From NCBI GenBank assembly GCA_043228905.1, contig JBHGNT010000111.1, positions 18,133 to 82,132 of the forward strand: 64,000 bases of DNA, written 5' to 3'. The position numbers and the translations under genes were made by a program. The stretch's first letter is position 1. Each line of letters begins with the position of its first letter. The notes under the pieces are model-generated. The model was not told the origin of the DNA. It saw only the letters and a list, made by a program, of their open reading frames with translations, and did not search any database. Shown piece by piece: positions 28,801 to 43,800 of the stretch. The stretch is from Azolla caroliniana (taxonomy: Eukaryota > Plantae > Polypodiophyta).

Positions 28801-31800
28801 GCTAATTTCGTCATGTCTTTCGACCTGAGTTTCAAAATCTTGATTTTTTAATTCCATATCATAGCTAGCGTTGTTACCTTCGATTCGCATGATTGAACAC
28901 TAAAATCCGATATCACACGGGCTAGGTATGAAGATTTTAATTTACTCACGCGCTCTTCTCAACTCCCTCCTCAAATTTACTAATTTCGTCATGTCCCTTG
29001 ACGTGAGTTTCAAAATCTTTATTTTTTTATTCTATACAATACCTAGCGTTGTTAGCCTCGATTCGCATGTTTGAACATTAAGATCCGATATCACACGAGA
29101 AGGTGATGAACATTTTAGTTTAGTCACGGCCTCTTCTCAACTCCCTCCTCATTTTTCCTAATTTCATCATGTCTCTCGTCCTGAGTTTCAAAATCTTGAT
29201 TTTTTTGTTCTATATCATAGCTAGCGTCATTAGCTTCGATTCGCATGATTGGACACAAAAATCCGATATCACACGAGCCAAGTATGAACATTTTAATTTA
29301 CTCACGGGCTCTTCTCAACTCCCTCCTCAAATTTGCTAATTTCGTCATGTCTCTCGACCTCAGTTTCAAAATCCATATTTTTTAATTCCATATCATAGCT
29401 AGCGTTTTTAGCTTCCATTAGCATGATTGAACACTAAAATCCCATATCACACGAGCCAGGTATGAACATTTTAATTTACTCACGCGCTCTTCTCAACTCC
29501 CTCCTCAAATTTGCTAATTTCGTCATGTCTCTCGACCTCAGTTTCAAAATCCATATTTTCTAAATCCATATCATAGCTAGCGTTGTTAGCTTCGATTCGC
29601 ATGGTTGAACACAGAAATACCATATCACACGAGCCAGGTATGAACATTTTAATTTACTCACGCGCTCTTCTCAACTCCCTCCTCAAATTTGCTAATTTCG
29701 TCATGTCTCTCGACCTGAGTTTCAAAATCTTGATTTTCTGAATCCATATCATAGCTAGTGTTGTTAGCTTCGATTCTCAACTCCCTCCTCAAATTTGCTA
29801 ATTTCGTGGTGTCTCTCCACCTGAGTTTTAAAATCTTGATTTTTTAATTCCATATCATAGTTAGGGTTGTTAGCTTCGATTCACATGTTTGAACAGTAAA
29901 ATCCGATATCACACGAGCCAGGTATGAACATTTTAATTTACCCACGCGCTCTTCTCCACTACGTCCTCAAATATGCAAATTTCATCATGTCTCTGAACCT
30001 GAGTTTCAAAATCTTGATTTTTTAAGTCGATATCATAACTAGCGTTGTTAGCCTCGATTCGCACGATTGAACACTAAAATCCGATATCACACAAGCCAGG
30101 GATGAACATTTTAATTTACTCACGGGCTCTTCTCAACTCCCTCCTCAAATTTGCTAATTTCGTCATGTATCTCCACCTGAGTTTTAAAATCTTGATTTTT
30201 TAATTCCATATCATAGTTAGGGTTGTTAGCTTCAATCCGCATGTTTGAACACTAAAATCCGATATCACACGAGCCAGGTATGAACATTTTCATCTACCCA
30301 CGTGCTCTTCTCAACTCCCTCCTCAAATTTGCTAATTTCGTCATGTCTCTCGACCTCAGTTTCAAAATCAATATTTTCTAAATCCATATCATAGCTAGCG
30401 TTGTTATCTTCGATTCGCATGGTTGAACACAAAAATCCCATTTCACACGAGCCAGGTATGAACATTTTAATTTACTCACGCGCTTTTCTCAACTCCCTCC
30501 TCATATTTGCTAATTTCGTCATGTCTCTCGACCTGAGTTTCAAAATCTTGATTTTTTAATTCCATATCATAGATAGCATTGTTAGCTTTCATTCCCATGA
30601 TTGAACACTAAAATCCGATATCACACGGGCTGGGTATGAAGATTTTAATTTACTCACACGCTCTTCTCAACTCCCTCTTCAAATTTATTAATTTCGTCAT
30701 GTCTCTAGACCTGAGTTTCAAAATCTTGATTTTTTTATTCCATATCATAGCTAGCGTTGTTAGCCTCGATTCGCATGTTTGAACACTAAAATCCGATATC
30801 AGACGAGCCAGGTATGAACATTTTAATCTACCCACGTGCTCTTCTCAACTCCCTCCTCAAATTTGCTAATTTCGTCATGTCTCTAGACCTGAGTTTGAAA
30901 ATCCATATTTTCTAAATCCATATCATAGCTAGCGTTGTTAGCTTCGATTCGCATGGTTGAACAGAGAAATCCCATATCACACGAGCCAGGTATGAACATT
31001 TTAATTTACTCACGCGCTCTTCTCAACTCCCTCCTCAAATTTGCTAATTTTGTCATGTCTCTCGACCTGAGTTTCAAAATCTTGATTTTCTGAATCCATA
31101 TCATAGCTAGCGTTGTTAGCTTCGATTCTCAACTCCCTCCTCAAATTTGCTAATTTCGTGATGTCTCTCCACCTGAGTTTTAAAATCTTGATTTTTTAAT
31201 TCCATATCATAGTTAGGGTTGTTAGCTTCGATTTGCATGTTTGAACACTAAAATCCGATATCACACGAGCCAGGTATGAACATTTTAATTTACCCACGCG
31301 CTCTTCTCCACTACCTCCTCAACTATGCAAATTTCATCATGTCTCTGAACCTGAGTTTCAAAATCTTGATTTTTTAATTCGATATCATAGCTAGCGTTGT
31401 TAGCTTTGATTCGCATGTTTGAACACAAAAATCCGATATCACACGAGCCAGGTATGAACATTTTCATTTACTCACAGGCTCTTCTCAACTCCCTCCTCAA
31501 ATTTATTAATATTTTCATGTCTCTCGACCTGAGTTTCAAAATCTTGATTTTTTGATTCTATATCATAGCTAGCGTTGTTAGCCTCGATTCGCATGTTTGA
31601 ACACTAAAATCCGATATCACACGAGCCAGGTATGAACATTTTAATTTACCCACGCGCTCTTCTCAACTCCCTCCTCAAATTTGCTAATTTCGTCATGTCT
31701 CTCTACCTGAGTTTCAAAATCTAGATTTTCTCAATCCATATCATAGCTAGCGTTGTTAGCTTCGATTCGCATGATTGAACACAAAAATCCGATATCACAC

Positions 31801-34800
31801 GGGCTAGGTATGAACATTTTAATTTACCCACACGCTCTTCTCAACTCCCTCCTCAAATTTGATAATTTCGTGATGTCTCTCGACCTGAGTTTTAAAATCT
31901 TGATAATTTCGTCAGCCTATATCAAAGCTAGTGTTATTAGCTTCGATTCACATCTTTGAACACAAAAATCTGATATCACACAAGCTAAGTATGAACATTT
32001 TCATTTCCGAACGACCTCTTCTCAAATCCCTCCTCAAATTTGATAATTTCGTGATGTCTCTCGACCTGAGTTTTAAAATCTTGATAATTTCGTCAGCCTA
32101 TATCAAAGCTAGTGTTATTAGCTTCGATTCACATCTTTGAACACAAAAATCTGATATCACACGAGCCAGGTATGAACATTTTAATTTATTCACGCGCTCT
32201 TCTCAACTCCCTCCTCAAATTTGGTAATTTCTTCATGTCTCTCGACGTGAGTTTCAACATCTTGATTTTTTGATTCTATATCATAGCTAGCGTTGTTAGC
32301 CTCGATTCGCATGATTGAACACTAAAATCCGATATCACACGAGCCAGGGATGAACATTTTAATTTACTCACGGGCTCTTCTCAACTCCCTCCTTATTTTT
32401 GTTAACTTCGTCGCTTCTCTCTACCTGAGTTTCAAAATCTAGATTCTCTCAATCCATATCATAGCTAGCGTTGTTAGCTTCGATTCGCATGATTCAACAC
32501 AAAAATCCGATATCACACGAGCCAGGTATGAACATTTTAATTTACTCACGGGCTCTTCTCAACTCCCTCCTCAAATTTGCTAACTTCGTCATGTCTCTCC
32601 ACCTGAAATTCAAAATCTTGATTTTTTAATTCCATATCATAGTTAGGATTGTTAGCTTCAATCCGCATGTTTGAACACTAAAATCCGATATCACACGGGC
32701 GAGGTATGAACATTTTAATCTACCCACGCGCTCTTCTCAACTCCCTCCTCAAATTTGCTAATTTCGTCATGTCTCTCTACCTGAGTTTCAAAATCTAGAT
32801 TTCCTCAATCCATATCATAGCTAGCGTTGTTAGCTTCGATTTGCTTGGTTGAACACAAAAATCCCATTTCACACGAGCAAGGTATGAACATTTTAAGTTA
32901 CCCACACGCTCTTCTTAACTCCCTCCTCAAATTTGCTAATTTTGTCATGTCTCTCGACCTGAGTTTCAAAATCTTGATTTTCTCAATCCATATCATAGCT
33001 ACCGTCGTGACCTTCGATTCGCATGTTTGAACACAAAAAACGGATATCACACAAGCCAAGTATGAACATTTTAATTTACCCACACGCTCTTCTCAACACC
33101 CTCCTGAAATTTGCTAATTTCGTCATGTCTCTCGACGAGAGTTTCAACATCTTGATTTTTTGATTCTATATCATAGCTAGTGTTGTTAGCTTCCATTCGC
33201 ATGTTTGAAACTAAAATCCGATATCACACGACCCAGGTATGAACATTTTAATTTACTCACGCGCTCTTCCCAACTCCGTCCTCAAATTTGATAATTTCGT
33301 CATGTCTCTTGACCTGAGTTTCAAAATCTTGATTTTTGAATTCCATATCATAGCTAGCGTTGTTAGCCTCGATTCGCATGATTGAACACTAAAATCCGAT
33401 ATCACACGAGCCAGGGATGAACATTTTAATTTACTCACGGGCTCTTCTCAACTCCCTCCTCAAATTTGCTAACTTCGTCATGTCTCTCCACCTGAGTTTC
33501 AAAATCATGATTTTTTAATTCCATATCATAGTTAGGGTTGTTAGCTTCGATCCGCATGTTTGAACACTAAAATCCGATATCACACGAGCAAGGTATGAAC
33601 ATTTTAATTTACTCACACGCTCTTCTCAACTCCCTCCTTAAATTTGCTAATTTCGTCATGTCTCTCGACGTGAGTTTCAAAAGCTGGATTTTTTAATTCT
33701 ATATCATAGCTAGCGTTGTTAGCTTCGATTCGCATGATTGAACATAAAAATCCGATATCACACGAGCTAGGGATGAACATTTTAATTTACTCACGGGCTC
33801 TTCTCAACTCCCTCCTTATTTTTGCTAATTTCATCATGTCTCTAGACCTGAGTTTTAAAATCATGATTTTTTAATTCCATATCATAGCTAGCGTTTTTAG
33901 CTTCCATTAGCATGATTGAACTCCCTCCTGAAATTTGCTAATTTCGTCATGTCTCTCGACCTGAGTTTCAAAACCTTGATTTTTTAATTCTATATCATAG
34001 CTAGCGTTGTTAGCCTCGATTCGCATGTTTGAACACAAAAATCCAATATCACACGAGCCAGGTATGAACATTGTCATTTCCGAACCGGCTCTTCTCAACA
34101 CCCTCCTGAAATTTGCTAATTTCGTCATGTCTCTCGACCTGAGTTTCAAAACCTTGATTTTTTAATTCTATATCATAGCTAGCATTGTTATCCTCGATTC
34201 GAATTTTTGAACACAAAAATCTGATATCACACGAGCCGCGTATGAACATTTTCATTTCCGAACGGCCTCTTCTCAACTCCCTCCTCAAATTTGCTAATTT
34301 CGTCATGTCTCTCGACCTGAGTTTCAAAATCTTGATTTTTTAATTCCATATCATACCTAGCGTTGTTAGCCTCGATTCGCATAGTTGAACACAAAAATCC
34401 AATATCACACTAGCCAGGAATGAACATTTTCATTTGCAAACGGGCTCTTCTCAACACCCTCTTGAAATTTGCTTATTTCGTCATGTCTCTCGACCTGAGT
34501 TTCAAAACCTTGATTTTTTAATTCTATATCATAGCTAGCGTTGTTAGCCTCGATTCGCATGTTTGAACACAAAAATCCGATATCACACGAGCCGAGTATG
34601 AACATTTTCATTTCCATACGGCCTCTTCTCAACTCCGTCCTCAAAATTGATAATTTCGTCATGTCTCTCGACGTGAGTTTCAAAATCATGATTTTTTAAT
34701 TCCATATCATACCTAGCGTTGTTAGCCTCGATACGCATTATTAAACACTGAAATCCGATATCACACGAGCCAGGTATGAACATTTTAATTTACTCACGCG

Positions 34801-37800
34801 CTCTTCCCAACTCCGTCCTCAAAATTGATAATTTCGTCATGTCTCTCGACCTGAGTTTCCAAATCTTGATTTCTTCATTCCATATCATAGCTAGCGTTGT
34901 TAGCCTCGATTCGCATGATTGAACACTAAAATCCGATATCACACGAGCCAGGGATGAACATTTTAATTTACTCACGGGCTCTTCTCAACTCCCTCCTCAA
35001 ATTTGCTAATTTCGTCATGTCTCTCGACCTGAGTTTCAAAATCTTGTTTTCTCAATCCATATCATAGCTACCGTTGCTACCTTCGATTCGCATGTTTGAA
35101 CACAAAAAAGGGATATCACACGAGCCAGGTATGAACATTTTAATTTACCCACACGCTCTTCTCAACACCCTCCTGAAATTTGCTAATTTCGTCATGTCTC
35201 TCGACGAGAGTTTCAACATCTTGATTTTTTGATTCTATATCATAGCTAGTGTTGGTAGCTTCCATTCGCATGTTTGAAACTAAAATCCGATATCACACGA
35301 GCCAGTTATGAACATTTTAATTTACTCACGCGCTCTTCCCAACTCCGTCCTCAAATTTGATAATTTCGTCATGTCTCTTGACCTGAGTTTCAAAATCTTG
35401 ATTTTTGAATTCCATATCATAGCTAGCGTTGTTAGCCTCGATTCGCATGATTGAACACTAAAATCCGATATCACAAGAGCCAGGGATGAACATTTTAATT
35501 TACTCACGGGCTCTTCTCAACTCCCTCCTCAAATTTGCTAACTTCGTCATGTCTCTCCACCTGAGTTTCAAAATCATGATTTTTTAATTCCATATCATAG
35601 TTAGGGTTGTTAGCTTCGATCCGCATGTTTGAACACTAAAATCCGATATCACACGAGCAAGGTATGAACATTTTAATTTACTCACACGCTCTTCTCAAAT
35701 CCCTCCTCAAATTTGCTAATTTCGTCATGTCTCTCGACGTGAGTTTCAAAATCTAGATTTCCTCAATCCATATCATAGCTAGCGTTGTTAGCTTCGATTC
35801 GCATGATTGAACATAAAAATCCGATATCACACGAGCTAGGGATGAACATTTTAATTTACTCACGGGCTCTTCTCAACTCCCTCCTTATTTTTGCTAATTT
35901 CATCATGTCTCTAGACCTGAGTTTCAAAATCCATATTTTCTAAATCCATATCATAGTTAGCGTTGTTAGCTTCGATTCGCATGGTCGAACACAAAAATCC
36001 CATATCACACGAGCCAAGTATGAACATTTTAATTTTCTCACGGGCTCTTCTCAACTCCCTCCTCAAATTTGCTAATTTCGTCATGTCTCTCGACCTGAGT
36101 TTTAAAATCATGATTTTTTAATTCCATATCATAGCTAGCGTTTTTAGCTTCCATTAGCATGATTGAACACGAGCCAGGTAATTTCTTCATGTCTCTCGAC
36201 GTGAGTTTCAACATCTTGATTTTTTGATTCTATATCATAGCTACTATTGTTAGCTTCCATTCGCATGTTTGAAACTAAAATCCGATATCACACGAGCCAG
36301 TTATGAACATTTTAATTTACTCACGCGCTGTTCCCAACTCCGTCCTCAAATTTGATAATTTCGTCATGTCTCTTGACCTGAGTTTCAAAATCTTGATTTT
36401 TGAATTCCATATCATAGCTAGCGTTGTTAGCCTCGATTCGCATGATTGAACACTAAAATCCGATATCACACGAGCCAGGGATGAACATTTTAATTTACTC
36501 ACGGGCTCTTCTCAACTCCCTCCTCAAATTTGCTAACTTCGTCATGTCTCTCCACCTGAGTTTCAAAATCATGATTTTTTAATTCCATATCATAGTTAGG
36601 GTTGTTAACTTCAATCCGCATGTTTGAACACAAAAATCCGATATCACACGGGCCAGGTATGAACATTTTAATCTACCCACGCGCTCTTCTCAACTCCCTC
36701 CTCAAATTTGCTAATTTCGTCATGTCTCTCTACCTGAGTTTCAAAATCTAGATTTCCTCAATCCATATCATAGCTAGCGTTGTTAGCTTCGATTCGCATA
36801 GTTGAACACAAAAATCCCATTTCACACGAGCAAGGTATGAACATTTTAATTTACTCACGCGCTCTTCTCAACTCCCTCCTCAAATTTGGTAATTTCTTCA
36901 TGTCTCTCGACGTGATTTTCAACATCTTGATTTTTTGATTCCATATCATAGCTAGCGTTGTTAGCTTCGATCGCATGTTTGAACACAAAAATCCAATATC
37001 ACACGAGCCAGGTATGAACATTTTCATTTCCGAACGGGCTCTTCTCAACACCCTCCTGAAATTTGCTAATTTCGTCATGTCTCTCGACCTGAGTTTCAAA
37101 ACCTTGATTTTTTAATTGTATATCATAGCTAGCGTTGTTAGCCTCGATTCGCATGTTTGAACACAAAAATCCAATATCACACGAGCCAGGTATGAACATT
37201 TTCATTTCCGAACCGGCTCTTCTCAACTCCCTCCTCAAATTTGCTAATTTCGTCATGTGTTTCGAGCTGAGTTTCAAAATCTTCATTTTTTAATTCCATA
37301 TCATAGCTAGCGTTGTTACCTTCGATTCGCATGATTGAACACTAAAATTCGATATCACACGGGCTAGGTATGAAGATTTTAATTTACTCACGCGCTCTTC
37401 TCAACTCCCTCCTCAAATTTACTAATTTCGTCATGTCCCTTGACGTGAGTTTCAAAATCTTTATTTTTTTATTCTATATCATACCTAGCGTTGTTAGCCT
37501 CGATTCGCATGTTTGAACATTAAGATCCGATATCACACGAGAAGGTGATGAACATTTTAGTTTAGTCACGGCCTCTTCTCAACTCCCTCCTCATTTTTCC
37601 TAATTTCATCATGTCTCTCGTCCTGAGTTTCAAAATCTTGATTTTTTAATTCCATATCATAGTTAGGGTTGTTAGCTTCAATCCGCATGTTTGAACACTA
37701 AAATCCGATATCACACGAGCCAGGTATGAACATTTTCATCTACCCACGTGCTCTTCTCAACTCCCTCCTCAAATTTGCTAATTTCGTCATGTCTCTCGAC

Positions 37801-40800
37801 CTCAGTTTCAAAATCAATATTTTCTAAATCCATATCATAGCTAGCGTTGTTATCTTCGATTCGCATGGTTGAACACAAAAATCACATTTCACACGAGCCA
37901 GGTATGAACATTTTAATTTACTCACGCGCTTTTCTCAACTCCCTCCTCATATTTGCTAATTTCGTCATGTCTCTCGACCTGAGTTTCAAAATCTTGATTT
38001 TCTAAATCCATATCATAGCTACCGTTGTTAGCTTTGATTCGCATGTTTGAACACAAAAATCCAATATCACTCGAGCCAGGTATGAACATTTTCATTTCCG
38101 AACGGGCTCTTCTCAACACCCTCCTCAAATTTGCTAATTTCGTCATGTCTCTCGACCTGAGTTTCAAAATCTTGATTTTTTAATTCTATATCATAGCTAG
38201 CGATGTTAGCCTCGATTCGCCTGTTTGAACACAAAAATCCTATATCACACGAGCCGGGTATGAACATTTTCATTTCCGAACGGCCTCTTCTCAACTCCCT
38301 TCTCAAATTTGCTAATTTCGTCATGTCTCTCCACCTGAGTTTCGAAATCTTGAGTTTTTAATTCCATATCTTAGTTAGGGTTGTTAGCTTCGATCTGCAT
38401 GTTTGAACACTAAAATCCGATATCACACGAGCCAGGTATGAACATTTTAATCTACCCACGCGCTCTTCTCAACTCCCTCCTCAAATTTGCTAATTTCGTC
38501 ATGTCTCTCCACCTGAGTTTCTTCAATCCATATCATAGCTAGCGTTGTTAGCTTTGATTCGCATGTTTGAACACAAAAATCCGATATCACACGAACCAGG
38601 TATGAACATTTTATCTTACCCACACGCTCTTCTCAACTCCCTCCTCAAATTTGCTAAATTCGTCATGTCTCTCCACCTGAGTTTCAAAGTCTTGATTTTT
38701 TAATTCCATATCATAGTTAGGGTTGTTCGCTTCGATCCGCATGTTTGAACACTAAAATCTGATATCACACGAGCCAGATATGAACATTTTAATCTACCCA
38801 CGCGCTCTTCTCAACTCCCTCCTCAAATTTGCCAATTTCGTCATGTCTGTCGACCTTCGTTTCAAAATTCATATTTTCTAAATCCATATCATAGCTAGCG
38901 TTATTAGCTTCGATTCGCATGTTTGAACACTAAAATCCGATATCACACGAGCAAGGTATGAACATTTTAATTTACCCACACGCTCTTCTCAACTCCCTCC
39001 TCAAATTTGCTAATTTCGTCATGTCTCTCGACGTGAGTTTCAAAAGCTAGATTTTTTAATTCTATATCATAGCTAGCGTTGTTAGCTTCGATTCGCATGA
39101 TTGAACATAAAAATCCGATATCACACGAGCTAGGGATGAACATTTTAATTTACTCACGGGCTCTTCTCAACTCCCTCCTTATTTTTGCTAATTTCATCAT
39201 GTCTCTAGACCTGAGTTTCAAAATCCATATTTTCTAAATCCATATCATAGCTAGCGTTGTTAGCCTCGATTCGCATGTTTGAACACTAAAATCCGATATC
39301 ACACGAGCCAGGGATGACCATTTTCATTTCCGAACGGGCTCTTCTCAACACCCTCCTGAAATTTGCTAATTTCGTCATGTCTCTCGACCTGAGTTTCAAA
39401 ACCTTGATTGTTTAATTCTATATCATAGCTAGCGATGTTAGCCTCGATTCGCATGTTTGAACACAAAAATCCGATATCACACGAGCCGGGTATGAACAAT
39501 TTCATTTCCGAACGGCCTCTTCTCAACTCCCTCCTCAAATTTGCTAATTTCGTCATGTCTCTCGACCTGAGTTTCAAAATCTTGATTTTTTAATTCCATA
39601 TTATAGCTAGCGTTGTTACCTTCGATTCGCATGATTGAACACTAAAATCCGATATCACACGAGCTAGGTATGAAGATTTTAATTTACTCATGCGCTCTTC
39701 TCAACTCCCTCCTCCAATTTACTAATTTCGTCATGTCCCTCGACGTGAGTTTCAAAATCTTGATGTTTTTATTCTATATCATACCTAGCGTTGTTAGCCT
39801 CGATTCGCATGTTTGAACACTAAAATCCGATATCACACGAGCAAGTGATGAACATTTTAGTTTAGTCACGGCCTCTTCTCAACTCCCTCCTCAAATTTGC
39901 TAATTTCGTCATGTCTCTCGACCTGAGTTTCAAAATCTTGATTTTTTTGTTCTATATCATAGCTAGCGTCGTTAGCTTCGATTCGCATGATTGGACACAA
40001 AAATCCGATATCACACGAGCCAAGTATGAACATTTTAATTTACTCACGGGCTCTTCTCAACTCCCTCCTCAAATTTGCTAATTTCGTCATGTCTCTCGAC
40101 CTGAGTTTTAAAATCATGATTTTTTAATTCCATATCATAGCTAGCGTTTTTAGCTTCCATTAGCATGATTGAACACTAAAATCCCATATCACACGAGCGA
40201 GGTATGAACATTTTAATTTACTCACGCGCTCTTCTCAACTCCCTCCTCAAATTTGCTAATTTCGTCATGTCTCTCGACCTGAGTTTCAAAATCCATATTT
40301 TCTAAATCCATATCATAGCTAGCGTTGTTAGCTTCGATTCGCATGGTTGAACACAGAAATCCCATATCACACGAGCCAGGTATGAACATTTTAATTTACT
40401 CTTCTCAACTCCCTCCTCAAATTTGCTAATTTTGTCATGTCTCTCGACCTGAGTTTCAAAATCTTGATTTTCTGAATCCATATCATAGCTAGCGTTGTTA
40501 GCTTCGATTCTCAACTCCCTCCTCAAATTTGCTAATTTCGTGATGTCTCTCCACCTGAGTTTTAAAATCTTCACATGTTTGAACAGTAAAATTCGATATC
40601 ACACGAGCCAGGTATGAACATTTTAATTTACCCACGCGCTGTTCTCCACTACCTCGTCAAATATGCAAATTTCATCATGTCTCTGAACCTGAGTTTCAAA
40701 ATCTTGATTTTTTAATTCGATATCATAGCTAGCGTTGTTAGCTTCGATTCGCATGTTTGAACACAAAAATCCGATATCACACGAGCCAGGTATGAACATT

Positions 40801-43800
40801 TTCATTTACTCACAGGCTCTTCTCAACTCCCTCCTCAAATTTACTAATTTTTTCATGTCTCTCGACCTGAGTTTCAAAATCTTGATTTTTTAATTCTATA
40901 TCATAGCTAGATTCGCATGTTTGAACACTAAAATCCGATATCACACGAGCCAGGTATGAACATTTTAATCTACCCACGCGCTCTTCTCAACTCCCTCCTC
41001 AAATTTGCTAATTTCGTCATGTCTCTCTACCTGAGTTTCAAAATCTAGATTTTCTCAATCCATATCATAGCTAGCATTGTTAGCTTCGATTCGCATGATT
41101 GAACACAAAAATCCGATATCACACGGGCTAGGTATGAACATTTTAATTTACCTACACGGTCTTCTCAACTCCCTCCTCAAATTTGATAATTTCGTCATGT
41201 CTCTCGACCTGAGTTTCAAAATCTTCATTTTTTTATTCTATATCATAGCTAGTGTGGTTAGCTTCCATTCGCATGATTGGACACAAAAATCCAATCTCAC
41301 ACAAGCTAAGTATGAACATTTTCATTTCCAAACGACCTCTTCTCAAATGCCTCCTCAAATTTGATAATTTCGTGATGTCTCTCGACCTGAGTTTTAAAAT
41401 CTTGATAATTTCGTCAGCCTATATCAAAGCTAGTGTTATTAGCTTCGATTCACATCTTTGAACACAAAAATCCGATATCACACGAGCCAGGTATGAACAT
41501 TTTAATTTATTCACGCGCTCTTCTCAACTCCCTCCTCAAATTTGGTAATTTCTTCATGTCTCTCGACGTGCGTTTCAACATCTTGATTTTTTGATTCTAT
41601 ATCATAGCTAGTGTTGTTAGCTTCCATTCGCATGTTTCAAACTAAAATCCGATATCACACGAGCCAGTTATGAACATTTTAATTTACTCACGCGCTCTTC
41701 CCAATTCCGTCCTCAAATTTAATAATTACGTCATGTCTCTCGACCTGAGTTTCAAAATCTTGATTTCTTCATTCCATATAATAGCTAGCGTTGTTAGCCT
41801 CCATTCGCATGATTGAACATTAAAATCCAATATCACACGAGCCAGGGATGAACATTTTAATTTACTCACCGGCTCTTCTCAACTCCCTCCTTATTTTTGT
41901 TAACTTCGTCGCTTCTCTCTACCTGAGTTTCAAAATCTAGATTCTCTCAATCCATATCATAGCTAGCGTTGTTAGCTTCGATTCGCATGATTGAACACAA
42001 AAATCCGATATCACACGAGCCAGGTATGAACATTTTAATTTACTCACGGGCTCTTCTCAACTCCCTCCTCAAATTTGCTAACTTCGTCATGTCTCTCCAC
42101 CTGAGTTTCAAAATCTTGATTTTTTAATTCCATATCATAGTTAGGGTTGTTAGCTTCAATCCCCATGTTTGAACACTAAAATCCGATATCACACGGGCCA
42201 GGTATGAACATTTTAATCTACCCACGCGCTCTTCTCAACTCCCTCCTCAAATTTGCTAATTTCGTCATGTCTCTCTACCTGAGTTTCAAAATCTAGATTT
42301 CCTCAATCCATATCATAGCTAGCGTTGTTAGCTTCGATTTGCATGGTTGAACACAAAAATCCCATTTCACACGAGCAAGGTATGAACATTTTAATTTACC
42401 CACACGCTCTTCTTAACTCCCTCCTCAAATTTGCTAATTTCGTCATGTCTCTCGACCTGAGTTTCAAAATCTTGATTTTCTCAATCCATATCATAGCTAC
42501 CGTTGCTACTTTCGATTCGCATGTTTGAACACAAAAAACGGATATCACACGAGCCAGGTATGAACATTTTAATTTACCCACACGCTCTTCTCAACACCCT
42601 CCTGAAATTTGCTAATTTCGTCATGTCTCTCGACGAGAGTTTCAACATCTTGATTTTTTGATTCCATATCATAGCTAGCGTTGTTAGCTTCGATTCCCAT
42701 GTTTGAACACAAAAATCCAATATCACACAAGCCAGGTATGAACATTTTCATTTCCTAACGGGCTCTTCTCAACACCCTCCTGAAATTTGCTAATTTCGTC
42801 ATGTCTCTCGACCTGAGTTTCAAAACCTTGATTTTTTAATTGTATATCATAGCTGGTGTTGTTAGCCTCGATTCGCATGTTTGAACACAAAAATCCAATA
42901 TCACACGAGCCAGGTATGAACATTTTCATTTCCGAACCGGCTCTTCTCAACTCCCTCCTCAAATTTGCTAATTTCGTCATGTCTTTCGACCTGAGTTTCA
43001 AAATCTTGATTTTTTAATTCCATATCATAGCTAGCGTTGTTACCTTCGATTCGCATGATTGAACACTAAAATCCGATATCACACGGGCTAGGTATGAAGA
43101 TTTTAATTTACTCACGCGCTCTTCTCAACTCCCTCCTCAAATTTACTAATTTCGTCATGTCCCTTGACGTGAGTTTCAAAATCTTTATTTTTTTATTCTA
43201 TACAATACCTAGCGTTGTTAGCCTCGATTCGCATGTTTGAACATTAAGATCCGATATCACACGAGAAGGTGATGAACATTTTAGTTTAGTCACGGCCTCT
43301 TCTCAACTCCCTCCTCATTTTTCCTAATTTCATCATGTCTCTCGTCCTGAGTTTCAAAATCTTGATTTTTTTGTTCTATATCATAGCTAGCGTCATTAGC
43401 TTCGATTCGCATGATTGGACACAAAAATCCGATATCACACGAGCCAAGTATGAACATTTTAATTTACTCACGGGCTCTTCTCAACTCCCTCCTCAAATTT
43501 GCTAATTTCGTCATGTCTCTCGACCTCAGTTTCAAAATCCATATTTTTTAATTCCATATCATAGCTAGCGTTTTTAGCTTCCATTAGCATGATTGAACAC
43601 TAAAATCCCATATCACACGAGCCAGGTATGAACATTTTAATTTACTCACGCGCTCTTCTCAACTCCCTCCTCAAATTTGCTAATTTCGTCATGTCTCTCG
43701 ACCTCAGTTTCAAAATCCATATTTTCTAAATCCATATCATAGCTAGCGTTGTTAGCTTCGATTCGCATGGTTGAACACAGAAATACCATATCACACGAGC

